Positions 53,401-62,539 of a stretch of 64,000 nucleotides of DNA are shown piece by piece. The number at the start of each line of letters is the position of its first letter. Within the stretch, counting starts at the first letter, position 1. The notes beneath the pieces were generated by a model. It searched no databases. It was given only the letters and a program-made list of their open reading frames with translations, and was not told the origin of the DNA. Made by a program: the position numbers and the translations under genes. The DNA is from Eledone cirrhosa (taxonomy: Eukaryota), in the NCBI GenBank assembly GCA_964016885.1, contig OZ024748.1, forward strand, positions 30,628,001 through 30,692,000, written 5' to 3'.

Positions 53401-56400
53401 CTACAGGAGAAGTACCTAGCTAAAAGTAAACCCCTATACTTAGCTTTCGTCGACTTGGAGAAAGCCTTCGACAGAGTCCCCCGGTCCATTATCTGGTGGT
53501 CTCTTAGAAAACTAGGTGTCGACGAATGGCTTGTGAGAGCTATACAAGCCATGTATAAAGAAACAGTCAGTAAGGTCAGAATTAACAACGAATATAGTGA
53601 AGAGTTTAGCGTAAAAGTTGGTGTCCATCAGGGCTCTGTTCTTAGCCCCCTACTATTTATTATTGCCCTTCAGGCTATAACAGAGGAGTTCAAGACCGGC
53701 TGCCCATGGGAACTCCTATACGCAGATGATCTAACGCTCATAGCTGAATCAATGACCGAACTAGAGAAGAAATTCCAAACATGGAAGCACGGCCTAGAAT
53801 CAAAAGGCCTTAAAATTAACCTGGCTAAGACTAAAGTTCTAGTTTGTAGGAAAGAAAATAAGGCGGCGGTCCCATCTGGGAAATGGCCATGCTCAGTGTG
53901 TAGGAAAGGCGTAGGTAGAAACTCCATTTTATGTCCCAAATGCAAAGTATGGGTGCATAAAAGATGTAGTGGGATCACAGGTAAGCTAACTAAGAACATA
54001 GATTTTACATGTGGCCGGTGCTCTGGTGTAATAAGTAGCAGCAAGTGCCCACAAAATACTAGCTCCTTCAACTGCGCAGAGGGTTCTATAGAAATAGTGG
54101 ACAGCTTCCGTTATCTGGGTGACAAAATCAGCAGTGGGGGAGGGTGCTCTGAAAGTACAGTAGCTAGAGTCAGAACTGGATGGAAAAAGTTCAGAGAGCT
54201 TATACCACTATTAGCCGCTAGAGGGTTCTCCCTAAAAATGAAAGGCAGGTTATACGATGCCTGCATACGAACAGCAATGCTGCATGGCAGTGAGACCTGG
54301 GCATTGTGTGCAGAGGATATACGCAGACTAGAGAGGAACGAAGCTTGCATGCTCCGCTGGATGTGCAATAGTAATATACGTGAACGGCAAAGCATAAACG
54401 AACTAAGGAAAAAATTAGAAATAAGAGGGATCAGATGTTGTTTACTCGAGAGAAGGCTACGTTGGTACGGTCACGTGATGCGCATGAAAGATGACAGCTG
54501 TATAACAAAGTGCAGGGCAATAAAGATAGACGGTAGCCACGGAGTAGGCAGACCCAGAAAAACATGGGACGAGCTGATAAATTCCGACCTCACACGCTTA
54601 CACCTCTCCAAGACAATGTCACTGGACCGAGACCTTTGGCGGTACTCAGTAATAGAGAAGACCCGCCTTACCTAAATACAAAGTAAAAACCTACTACAGT
54701 CAGTAGGCATCTCTATCAAAACACACCCCCGTCCCACCACCTCCACCCCACCCACACCGCCCCTTTCAATGTAAAGTTATGTTGGTCCCACAACATCCAG
54801 GCCGAAACAAATGAGATCGTGTAGGTGTCATGACAAAAAACACACAGTCCACGCTGTAAATGTGGCCGTGTAGGCAACACGGTAAAAACCTCCCAGCCCC
54901 ACACTGTAAATGTGGTTGGTGTTAGGAAGGGCATCCAGCTGTAGAAAACCCGCCAGACAGTCCACGCTGTAATGTGGCCGTGTAGGCAACACGGTAAAAA
55001 CCTCCCAGCCCCACACTGTAAATGTGGTTGGTGTTAGGAAGGGCATCCAACTGTAGAAAACCCGCCAGACAGTCCTATGCGAGCAAGACAACCACTCTTG
55101 CCTCAAGTGGGAAAACCCCCGTCCAAACCCATGCAAGCGTGGAACATGGATGCTAAACCTGATGATGATGATGATGATGATACCTAGCAAACCCCACATT
55201 CAGTTTTAATAATATTCTCACATCACACCAGCTCATCTATATCATCCTGTAAACTACACACCAGTCCCTCCCTTCTAAACAACATACCTATATACTCCCC
55301 ACCAACCCCCTATAATCCTCATCAACCTACTTAGGTCCTCCCCAACATACCTATGTCCTCTATAATCCCTACCAACCCCTACAGTCCCCCACTAACCTTT
55401 CTGTGTTACATCCATTCGTCTATACTACTCGACAGTTTGAAAAGGTTACTCTAAATTAAAAAGCGTTTCTAAAATACTTCTCCCTTAAAACTTCATACCA
55501 TGATACCATTACCCCCCCCCCCCCCCCCCCCAGCTTTGTTTCTTTAAAACTTCACCTCAACACCATCACACCACCATTGCTGCTTCCTTAAATCTTTACA
55601 CCATCACTCCATAGGTTTTGCTCCTTGAAAAGCTTTCCTCTAGTTTTGCTTCCCCCAAAAACAATTCCCAACCGTAACCCAACGGTTTTTAAAAAAATGC
55701 TGTTTTGAAATGAAAATGTTTTTTATTTTTGTTGTTGTTGTTGTTGTTGTTGTTTTATATATGTAAAGTTAACAATAAAATGGGAGATAAGCATGTGAAA
55801 TTAGCAATTGTGTGTGTGTGTTTTTTTTTTGGGGGGGGGGGGGGGTAGACTGTTGAGTTAGCACCTTAGGGGAGGGTGTAAAATGTGGTGTGGGGAATGA
55901 TAAAATGAAGCATTAGCATCAGGGATATGGTGGTGTGGAAAAACAACATTGAGTTAGCAACAAAGGTAACTAAGCTATGGGGTTAGCAACAAAGGTAACT
56001 AAGCTATGGAGGTTAGCAACAAAGGTAACTAAGCTATGAGGGTTAGCAACAAAGGTAACTAAGCTATGGAGTTAGCAACAAAGGTAACTAAGCTATGGAG
56101 GTTAGCAACAAAGGTAACTAAGCTATGGAGTTAGCAACATAAAATAAAATAAAATATGGAGTTTGCACAGAAAAAAAAGATAAAAATAGATTTCAGAGTC
56201 AATAAAACTGTGTTAATTAGTTTGTGATGTTCTTTCATCTTAATAAACATTTATTTAATGAACTAAACTAACGAAACCCCTGCCTGTTGACATCTATATT
56301 GGCCGTATATGGTGCTATTCTGTTTCTGTAAAACAATATATATATATATATATATAATGTCAAAACCACTGCTTAATAGAGGAAATGTTTCTAATATTCT

Positions 56401-59400
56401 CCTTGCTGATTGTTATGACATAGTTATTAGAGTATTAGATCAAATAATACCTTGTTGTATTTGTTCTAACACTCTGCGCTCTGATGAGGTTCACTTTGCC
56501 ATTTATCCTATCGGGGATGGATAAATATAACTAAACAGTTCCCCAGAGCAGTGGTTTAGCAGTCAGAGCAGTGGTTTAGCAGTGTATTTTCTGGCTCTCT
56601 GTGTTCCGAGCTCATATACTGCCACCTGTTACCAGGAAAATGAAGACATGTTGGAACTGAGGCCTCTATCATTATCACAGTCAAGAACCTCCTGTGAAAT
56701 ATAACCTCATAGGAGGCTGGTTAAACCCACATAGTTGTGGCCTGTTACATCTGATTGCTGATGTTTAACCCATCTTCATCAGCCTTCATCAAGCAGAGTT
56801 ATGATATGATTAAAGGCATTCCAAATGTGACCATGATGTCTTTTGGAATATCTAGGCGTATACTGTTTGTGCCCTTCTCTTCAAAGACTGTAAGGTATGA
56901 TTTGGGGAAAATTTGACTTATATTTCTAGCAGTTTAAACAATCTTGTAAAAGCTCAATCATTAGTTCTATGGATGGTTGAGTCACAGAGTCACCTAAAGA
57001 GGGCAAAAATCTCTACCCTCTGACCTTTGTGATGTGTTGTTTACATAACTATAATCGTCTAGTAAAATTAACCAAATATTTTAAATTATATAATTTAAAC
57101 AAATATATAATTTAAACAAATATTATATAATTTAACCAAATATTTTAAATTTTATATTTAACTAATTATCAAATTTTATATTTAACCAAATACTTCACAT
57201 TATATATTTAACCAAATATCTTAAATTATCAAATTTAGAATTTAACCAAATATATTATAAATTTAAATATTATTTAAAAGAGAAATTTAACCAAATATAA
57301 ATTTAACCATTATAAATTTAACCATTATAAATTTAACCAAATTATTTAATTAAAATCATCACATTTCAAATTTAACCAATTATATTTACAAATTTGATCA
57401 AATAATAACAGATTGTAAATGTTTCTAACTAACCAATTATTCATTGTGAATGGTAAATTTGTGAAGAATTTATTTTCTCAAGTTCCTCTCTCTTTCTGTC
57501 TCTGTGTCTCTCTGCCATAGACGTCCTTGGAAGTCGGAATTGTGCGACAGTTCACATTTACATCAAGTCTCCAACGTATGAGTGTGATTGTCCGAAAACT
57601 TGGGAACAACCACATGGATATTTATTCCAAAGGTGCTCCAGAGAAGATTGCATCATTGTGTAACCCAGATTCCAGTATGTGTCCCTCTAATGGGGTTTCT
57701 CTCTATGTTTGTCTTTGGTGATGTTTCCTCATTATAGAATTTCATGTTTCTTTAAATGATTAGGACCCTTATGGTCCAAGTAATTTTGATATATTAACCA
57801 TTTTGGTACCAACCCACCTGAAACTGGCCTCCTTTTATGATACAAACTTCTCCATTTTAAAATGTTCATATGTATCTGAATGTATGCCATATATACTTCA
57901 ATATAAGCTATCCCCGCAATATCTGATAAATGTGCCATATATACTTGAATATAAGTTACCCCCTCAATATCTGATAAATGTGCCATATATACTTGAATAT
58001 AAGCTACCCCCACAATATCTGATAAATGGGCAGAAATCCAAACCTTATTTACGTAGAGTTTGAAGTTGGTGGAAATTGTTAAAATATTGTTGTTGTGGTG
58101 ATAGTGGTGATGGGGAGGTGATAATGTGGTTGTTGTTGTTGTGGTGGTGGTGATGGGGAGGTGATGATAAAAGTGATAATGTGGTTGTTGTGGTGGTGGT
58201 GGTGGTGGTGGTGGGGAGGTGGTAATGTGGGTGTCGTGGTAGTGGTGGGGAGGTGATAATGTGATTTTTGTGGAGGTGGTGGTGGTAGTAATAGGGAGGA
58301 GATGGTAGAGATAGTAATATGGTTGTTGTGGTGGGGATTGTGATAGTGATGATGGCAGTGATTATTATTATTATGATAATGATGAAAATTGTGATGATGA
58401 TCATGATTGTGATGCTGATGCTAGTAAATGGTGGTGGGGGAGGTGATGGTAGAAATGATGGCAGTGAAATGAAAGGGGACATGGTAGTGGTATTATTAAT
58501 TATGTTAATGATGATGATGATGACAAATAAACAGTCACCAATTCTTTTCATATTTTCCTTTCTTTTCTCTAAAGTTCCACCAGATTTCTCTGATGTTCTC
58601 CACAAATACACAGTACAAGGTTTCCGTGTTCTTGCCTTATCTTGGAAGGAACTTGATCCAAAGCTCACATGGCACCAAGCACAAAGGATCAACCGGTTAG
58701 TTCACTGCCACATTCATATTTTGTTGTATTTCTTACATATCATCATCATCTCATTGTTTTAACATCTGTTTTCCTTGCTAACAAGAGTTGGAGGGACCTA
58801 CATAGATCAAATCAGTACTGAAGCGGGGCTACTGATCTCCCAGACAGGCTAGGGATCTGCATCTGGCTCATGAGCGCACAGGAGAAGTTGCCATGTCTTT
58901 GACACAACTGAAGAATCCTCCCTTTGTTTAGTAAGCTTTCTATGGCTGGATGCCCTTCCTATCACCAACCACTTTACATGTTTATATATTTGTTAAATAT
59001 TGTGCATATACACATGTTTGCAGTGCTGGTGTGATGATAAAACACACCCAGTATCTACTGTAAACTGATTAGGGTTGGGAAGAGCATCCAGCTATAAGAA
59101 CCATGCCAAAAAACCAAAAAAGGTTGGGAGAACACTTTAGTCATGTCACAGACACAACTTTTTTAGTGCTGGTGCCACAACAAATGCACCCAGTACACTC
59201 TGTAAAGTGTTGGTACCATGATAAAACGCACCCAGAACACTCTGTAAAGTGTTGGTACCATGATTAAATACACCCAGTACACTCTGTAAAGTGTTGGTAC
59301 CATGATAAAACACACCCAGTACACTCTGTAAAGTGTAAGTACCATGATAAAATGCACCCAGTACACTCTGTAAAGTGCTGGTACCATGATAAAATGCACC

Positions 59401-60472
59401 CATTACACACCGTAAAGTGCTGGTACCGTGATAAAATGCACCCAGTACACTCTGTAAAGTGTTGGTGCTACAATAAAATATACCCAGTACAGTCTGTAAA
59501 GTGTTGGTGCCACAATAAAATACACCCAATACACTCTGTAAAGTTCTGAAATACCCTTACTATCACCAATGATTATTGAGCAGAATTTGTTTTATTGTTT
59601 TATTTTAACATTTCCAGAGAAAAAGTGGAAAATAATTTAAACTTTCTGGGACTACTTATCATGAAGAATACACTGAAACCAGAGACAGCACCTGTTATTA
59701 AGACTTTACATGCTGCTAATATACGTTCTGTGATGGTAACAGGTAAGAATTTTGTATTGGTGGTGGTAGTGATGGTAGGCTTGGTGATATGGTTGTGGTG
59801 GTGGTAGTGATGGTAGGCTTGATGATATGGTGGTAGTGGTGGTAGGCTTGGTGATATGGTGGTGGTGGTAGTGATGATAAGTTTGATGATGTGGAGGTAG
59901 TGGTGGTAGGTTTAATGATGTGGTGGTAGTAGTGATGGTAGTCATTATAATGTTGGTGATATGGTAGTATTGGAGTTATGATAAAATGCTCCCAGTACTT
60001 GTAATGTGGTTGGCATTAGGAAGGGCATCCAATTGTAGAAATTAAACCAAAATCAGAGTGTATGAGCCAAGACATTCTAGAGTATCACACACACACACAC
60101 ACATATATATATAAAGTTTGTTTGTTCACGAACTCCTCCTATGGCACAAACCCCTGCTGAAAATTTTTTCCCTTCGATTTATATGAAATTTTAACCATAG
60201 GTAAATGACAAGATATGATGCCTATTCGCAAAAGTTTTAATTGATATTTAAAAAAAAAATTATTTACAAGAAACAAAATAAGAATTAGATTTAATAATGT
60301 AATTTTGATTTGATATATTACAAAAAATAATGTTTTCCAATTTTTCATGCATTACATTTTATATTGAAATGCAGAGTTTTTCTCCATAAATTATATCAGT
60401 GATTTAAAATCAATCATCATTTTCTTACAAAAAAATGTGTGAAACGCAGCAAGGTGCAGGTAATTCGGCTAG

Positions 60473-60508
<36 letters not shown>

Positions 60509-61367
60509 GGGCGAAGGGTGCGTGCATGCGTTATAGAATCTTGAGTTGATCAATTGCGTCGGTTGAAGCAAGCAGAATTTAGGCTGCTTACTAAATCGTA
60601 GACACATAAAAAGATAACACACACACACACACACTAGATAACACTACATGCGGCTTTGACCAGGAGGGTCATTTAGAGGGAATTGGGGGGGGGGGAGTAA
60701 GGCTGAACAGCCCCACTTTCCGCCATGGCGATTGGACTGCATGCCCTGCTTTCCAGGTTACCCTTTGCCACTGATATATATATATCGTTATTTTTAATAG
60801 AAATGATTTCTAAAGAACTGTTTGATTCGTAATTTCTTGAAATGAAGATAAGTGATGTCTATAAAACAATAATGATGCTCATACTCAACTAATATATTGA
60901 ATATGTTAGTATTGGTAATATATTATACATTGTTAAAAGCGTTATCTGATATATAGATATTTGTAAAATAGTTAATATGAGGTATTGTGAGATATGTAAT
61001 AAATGATTGAGAAATATTTTAGAAAGCTGGTACAATGTGATAGAAATATATAAAGGGCAAACAATGACAAATAAAACAAAAGAAAGTAATATTTTTTCTT
61101 ACCCAGTATATTTCAACATAATATTTCAGGGTTATACCCCCTTTTCAAATGTAAAACAAAAAAAAAACGATACTTGTATTTGTATATATTACAGGAGATA
61201 TGATACTGACAGCTATCAGTGTGGCTAGGAACTGTGGAATGGTGAAACCAAGAGAGAATGTAATTATTGTTAATGCCTCACCACCTGAAGATGGTCAGGA
61301 AGCCCAGATACACTGGGAACAGTCTGAGTCAGTCACTGATGATTCTCACAGTGAATCTGAACAAGAG
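16223..61367 (+). CDS. ATP13A3-like: P5B-type ATPase (ATP13A2/3/4/5 family, putative polyamine transporter), partial multi-exon gene; 5' and 3' exons not found in window
   Basis: 17 exons with AG/GT boundaries whose phases chain in frame. Spliced translation contains [33 protein letters not shown] (P5B M4 signature), [29 protein letters not shown] and VMVTGD, in P-type ATPase order. Confidence 0.96.
16343..16560 (+). mobile_element. tRNA-derived SINE with MetaSINE-like core
   Basis: A box, B box GAGTTCAAATCC, core TTTGCCTTTCATC...GGGGTTGATAAAATAAAG. Confidence 0.75.
16655..16860 (-). mobile_element. tRNA-derived SINE, same family, inverted relative to the preceding copy
   Basis: Reverse complement of the SINE head, core and tail. 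Confidence 0.75.
17751..17828 (+). ncRNA. Type I hammerhead ribozyme motif
   Basis: GAGCTGTA-CTGATGA-A-GGGT gat ACCC-A-GAAA-CA ttag TG-TC-TGCAGTTC, with stem I extended by GTGAACAG/CTGTTCAC and TGGCA/TGCCA. Confidence 0.7.
17950..18490 (-). mobile_element. RTE LINE 3' fragment with SINE-like 3' UTR
   Basis: [13 protein letters not shown]...GRPKMTW; GTTAGGAAGGGCATCCAG core; (GAT)n tail. Confidence 0.85.
18696..18773 (+). CDS. P5B ATPase exon ([25 protein letters not shown])
   Basis: tctctag|A...AA|gtaagc; phase 2 to 2; GLT motif. Confidence 0.87.
20278..20313 (-). ncRNA. Minimal (Penelope-type) hammerhead motif
   Basis: Minus strand TCTT-CTGATGA-A-GGAC tagc GTCC-GAAA-CG-TT-AAGA. Confidence 0.7.
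20786..21151. repeat. Two related long hairpins (20786-20900 and 21045-21151), MITE-like
   Basis: 38-bp arm ATGGCTAAATAGTGAGTCTTGTTACTCTGGAGTTTCAC and its reverse complement with 1 mismatch; second, diverged copy. Confidence 0.85.
21654..22352 (+). mobile_element. Internal RTE family A fragment, degraded
   Basis: [14 protein letters not shown]...[13 protein letters not shown]; matches the 52370-53100 region. Confidence 0.88.
22385..22790 (+). mobile_element. Two tandem tRNA-derived SINEs
   Basis: Two heads with GAGTTCAAAT B boxes, cores and (ATT)n tails. Confidence 0.8.
22820..22889 (+). CDS. P5B ATPase exon ([23 protein letters not shown])
   Basis: taacag|A...GAG|gtagga; YGxN motif; phase 2 to 0. 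Confidence 0.92.
23433..23665 (+). mobile_element. tRNA-derived SINE ending just upstream of exon 23688
   Basis: TGGCAGAATCGG A box, GAGTTCAAATCC B box, core, (ATT)n tail. Confidence 0.85.
23688..23822 (+). CDS. P5B ATPase exon, M1-M2 ([45 protein letters not shown])
   Basis: ccatag|GTT...AAG|gtaagt; 45 codons. Confidence 0.95.
25095..25164 (+). CDS. P5B ATPase exon ([23 protein letters not shown])
   Basis: cttccag|CAA...C|gttagt; LHDMV motif; phase 0 to 1. Confidence 0.92.
25357..27485 (-). mobile_element. Internally deleted Tc1/mariner DNA transposon, DD37D (maT) type, interrupted by an RTE
   Basis: 27-bp TIRs CAGGGTGCGGAYGATATYTGTKCGCAA, TA flanks; transposase QQD-x37-D ([12 protein letters not shown]). 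Confidence 0.9.
26097..27356 (+). mobile_element. 5'-truncated RTE LINE (family B) with AATTATTC TSD
   Basis: [25 protein letters not shown]; (GAT)n tail; TSD at 26089-26096 and 27357-27364. Confidence 0.93.
27494..27575. mobile_element. 82-bp Tc1/mariner-type MITE
   Basis: 29-bp imperfect TIRs CAGGGTGTCC...TAGACAATT, TA flanks, (TA)n spacer. Confidence 0.8.
28125..28820 (+). mobile_element. Older RTE family A 3' fragment
   Basis: [20 protein letters not shown]...[10 protein letters not shown], with deletions. Confidence 0.88.
29032..29810 (+). mobile_element. Helitron PIF1-type helicase relic, interrupted by a SINE
   Basis: AILALKN|[47 protein letters not shown]. Confidence 0.8.
29086..29262 (-). 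mobile_element. tRNA-derived SINE with 12-bp TSD CTAAAAAATAAT
   Basis: TSD at 29074-29085 and 29263-29274. Confidence 0.85.
30174..30305 (+). CDS. P5B ATPase exon, A-domain (LVPGD...[18 protein letters not shown])
   Basis: ttgtag|GG...G|gtaagt; phase 1 to 1. Confidence 0.96.
30600..31370 (-). mobile_element. Penelope-like element 3' part (GIY-YIG endonuclease), frameshifted
   Basis: CNC....CPL...C....VY...YIGST..DFKK; [11 protein letters not shown]; CRLC..E; CRHK. Confidence 0.85.
31742..31900 (+). CDS. P5B ATPase exon, A-domain (GESVPVTK...[14 protein letters not shown]...VVRT)
   Basis: atttag|GT...AG|gttagt; completes the TGES motif. Confidence 0.96.
31986..32143 (+). CDS. P5B ATPase exon, M3 ([18 protein letters not shown]...)
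   Basis: tttcag|GT...CAT|gtaagt; follows an 85-bp intron. Confidence 0.96.
33069..33257 (+). CDS. P5B ATPase exon, M4 and P-domain ([16 protein letters not shown]...CFDK)
   Basis: ttacag|CTC...AAG|gtagtc; PPALP and the catalytic Asp. Confidence 0.97.
33525..34420. repeat. Minisatellite: 24-bp unit grading into a degenerate ~26-bp unit
   Basis: (GACTGTTAAGATATGTTTGGTACT)n followed by (AACTGTTAATATCTGTTTTAGTATCT)n. Confidence 0.9.
34590..38359 (-). mobile_element. Near full-length RTE LINE (family A): APE endonuclease + RT, ORF disrupted
   Basis: NVGTL, IQETRW, AGDLNGH, QVDYIL, YADD; several frameshifts and a TAG at 36456-36458; probable TSD CATTATCAT (34581-34589 and 38360-38368). Confidence 0.95.
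38385..39150 (-). mobile_element. R4/Dong LINE 3' relic with (TAA)n tail
   Basis: RRP.IV...[12 protein letters not shown]...KYSEL...IPVVIGALG. Confidence 0.8.
39355..41080 (-). mobile_element. R4/Dong LINE relic (RT, CCHC region, endonuclease)
   Basis: [40 protein letters not shown]-like AAQDQ; abuts a (TTA)n tract. Confidence 0.88.
41412..41473 (+). CDS. P5B ATPase exon ([20 protein letters not shown])
   Basis: atttag|ACT...CA|gtaagt; completes DKTGT. Confidence 0.96.
42212..42356 (+). CDS. P5B ATPase exon, N-domain ([25 protein letters not shown]...W)
   Basis: atttag|G...TGG|gtaagt; phase 2 to 0. Confidence 0.96.
42551..42666. repeat. 45-bp tandem repeat (about 2.5 copies) with a palindromic unit
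   Basis: GTCACCCTGTTTGTGACC-T-GGTCACAAAGAGGGTGAC at 42553, 42598 and 42643 (partial). Confidence 0.85.
45763..45960 (+). mobile_element. tRNA-derived SINE with MetaSINE-like core
   Basis: A and B boxes, TTTGCCTTTCATCCTTACGGGGTCGATAAAATAAAGTACCAG, (ATT)n tail. Confidence 0.85.
46800..47100 (-). mobile_element. Penelope-like GIY-YIG relic
   Basis: Minus strand [21 protein letters not shown]...[10 protein letters not shown]...LHWEIL. Confidence 0.72.
47748..47969 (+). CDS. P5B ATPase alternative exon A ([22 protein letters not shown]...poly-Thr...DCDSSM), 74 aa
   Basis: Pyrimidine tract + gagcag|GTA...ATG|gtaggg; open frame; MPTVVRP matches the family; phase 0 to 0; 3' boundary less certain. 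Confidence 0.8.
48387..48870 (+). mobile_element. SINE cluster (MetaSINE-like copy plus CORE-like tRNA SINE pieces)
   Basis: B boxes; GTCCTTGAGCAAGACACTT core in two copies. Confidence 0.7.
50824..50922 (+). CDS. P5B ATPase alternative exon B ([33 protein letters not shown]), 33 aa
   Basis: ttgcag|GTA...CAG|gtgaaa; homologous to exon A; phase 0 to 0. Confidence 0.82.
51114..51445 (+). mobile_element. tRNA-derived SINE (CORE-like) followed by an RTE-tailed fragment
   Basis: TGGCTTAGTGG A box, GAGTTCAATTC B box, CCTTGAGCAAGACACTT; ends with the RTE-B tail CCCACCCTTGCAAACAGGGAAAAGCGGACGTAAAATG. Confidence 0.75.
52212..55181 (+). mobile_element. 5'-truncated RTE LINE (family A) with a long intact RT ORF (52708-54675)
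   Basis: 655-aa ORF with NYRGIKL, QFGF, DLEKAFD, QGSVLSP, YADD, FRYLG; one upstream TGA at 52675; (GAT)n tail. Confidence 0.96.
55952..56139. repeat. ~30-bp minisatellite, about 6 copies
   Basis: GTTAGCAACAAAGGTAACTAAGCTATGGAG. Confidence 0.93.
57521..57674 (+). CDS. P5B ATPase exon, N-domain ([19 protein letters not shown]...KGAPEKI)
   Basis: ccatag|ACG...A|gtatgt. Confidence 0.96.
57885..58028. repeat. 48-bp tandem repeat, 3 copies
   Basis: TGCCATATATACTTGAATATAAGCTACCCCC...ATCTGATAAATG at 57885, 57933 and 57981. Confidence 0.92.
58575..58695 (+). CDS. P5B ATPase exon ([21 protein letters not shown]...TWHQAQRIN)
   Basis: Pyrimidine tract + aaag|TT...CG|gttagt; phase 1 to 2; uses an AAG acceptor. 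Confidence 0.93.
59165..59545. repeat. 42-bp minisatellite, about 9 copies, derived from a SINE-internal segment
   Basis: AAATGCACCCAGTACACTCTGTAAAGTGTTGGTACCATGATA; similar single units at ~24710-24760 and 59025-59065. Confidence 0.9.
59618..59742 (+). CDS. P5B ATPase exon ([20 protein letters not shown]...IRSVMVT)
   Basis: ttccag|A...AG|gtaaga. Confidence 0.96.
60105..60472 (+). mobile_element. Non-autonomous Helitron-like element
   Basis: Ends in GC-rich CGCAGCAAGGTGCAGG followed by CTAG|T; 5' end lies in (TA)n. Confidence 0.5.
60506..60773. mobile_element. TIR MITE (hAT-like termini) in (AT)n
   Basis: Left CAGGGGCGAAGGGT; right end reverse complement CAGTGGCAAAGGGT. Confidence 0.65.
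61195..61367 (+). CDS. P5B ATPase exon ([17 protein letters not shown]...SESEQE)
   Basis: ttacag|GA...GAG|gtaact; TGD motif. Confidence 0.95.
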
Positions 61368-62395
61368 GTAACTACACATACACACACACATACCTATGTA
61401 CATACACATACACACACTCTCATGCATCTGTACACACACGACCAAATGCACACGAAGGAAGCCACAGTAGAGGTTGACCAAGGAAAACCTGGGCTGAGGT
61501 AGTGAGAGCTGATCTCAAAATGTTGAAACTCATAGAGTAAATGACAAAGCAACGCAACAAGTGGAGATATGTTGTGCTGAACCATGCAAGTGTGGAAAAA
61601 CAATGGTGATGATATACATATCTACTGACATACAGAAACCTAAGTGCATGCTCACAACCACACACACACAGACACAAGCATAGGCACACCTAAAGGCATA
61701 CACAAACACACACACACACACACAAACCTGTTTCTTCTATCTTGACAATGACCCACCCTGTGTGCCTTTCCTCTTTCTTATTCTCTGCATTTCCTATATC
61801 ATCTTCATTCCCTATTCCTTCCTGTTCTTTCTCTTCCTCTTTTCAACATTATTACCTACATTCCCTGTTCATTCCTATACTCTTATCTTCTTAGCAACAA
61901 TATTATTATCTAGACACCAGATGAGCAATCTACAGTCCTCAGGCCACATGCAGCTTGCAAACCTTCTTGCACATTGATGTCAATTTGTGCAATTCCAGTC
62001 ATCTCATGTAGAATAATATGCATAATAAGACTACAAGAGATTTTAGATTTTAGACTCTTTATTCCACTCTCTCCTATACTCTCTTACTGTCTGCTTTCAT
62101 TTTATTAGCTAGACTCCATGTTCGCCATTTGCTCTATGTTTGACCTTACTCTCTCTTACTCTTTCTCTCTCTCTGTATGAAGATTTCCAAATTCTTCTCT
62201 TTAAGTTCACACTCATGTATCTAATTCTTCAATATATTCTGCTTTGTTTGGTTGTTTCTTTGTTTTACATCAAATTAAAATAAAAAATAAAAAATTATGA
62301 GGATTGTCTTATGGCTAAATAATAACTATAGCCATTAATCCTAACTATTATAATATACATTATAGATTGTAGTCCTAGATATAGTATATATGAAT

Positions 62396-62539
62396 AAAAG
62401 ATGAGATGGTCACAGCTGGAACATCTTTTACCATAGGTCTGCTAAATCAGTGCTAAACCCAGGGCTAAAAGATGAGATGGTCACAGCTGGAACATCTTTT
62501 ACCATAAGTCTGCTAAATCAGTGCTAAACCCAGGGCTAA
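62396..62539. repeat. ~71-bp tandem duplication
   Basis: AAAAGATGAGATGGTCACAGCTGGAACATC...AAACCCAGGGCTA twice. Confidence 0.88.

Noticed and set aside
59146-59529. 127-aa ORF with 14-aa repeats
   Set aside because: Translation of a 42-bp intronic minisatellite on the antisense strand
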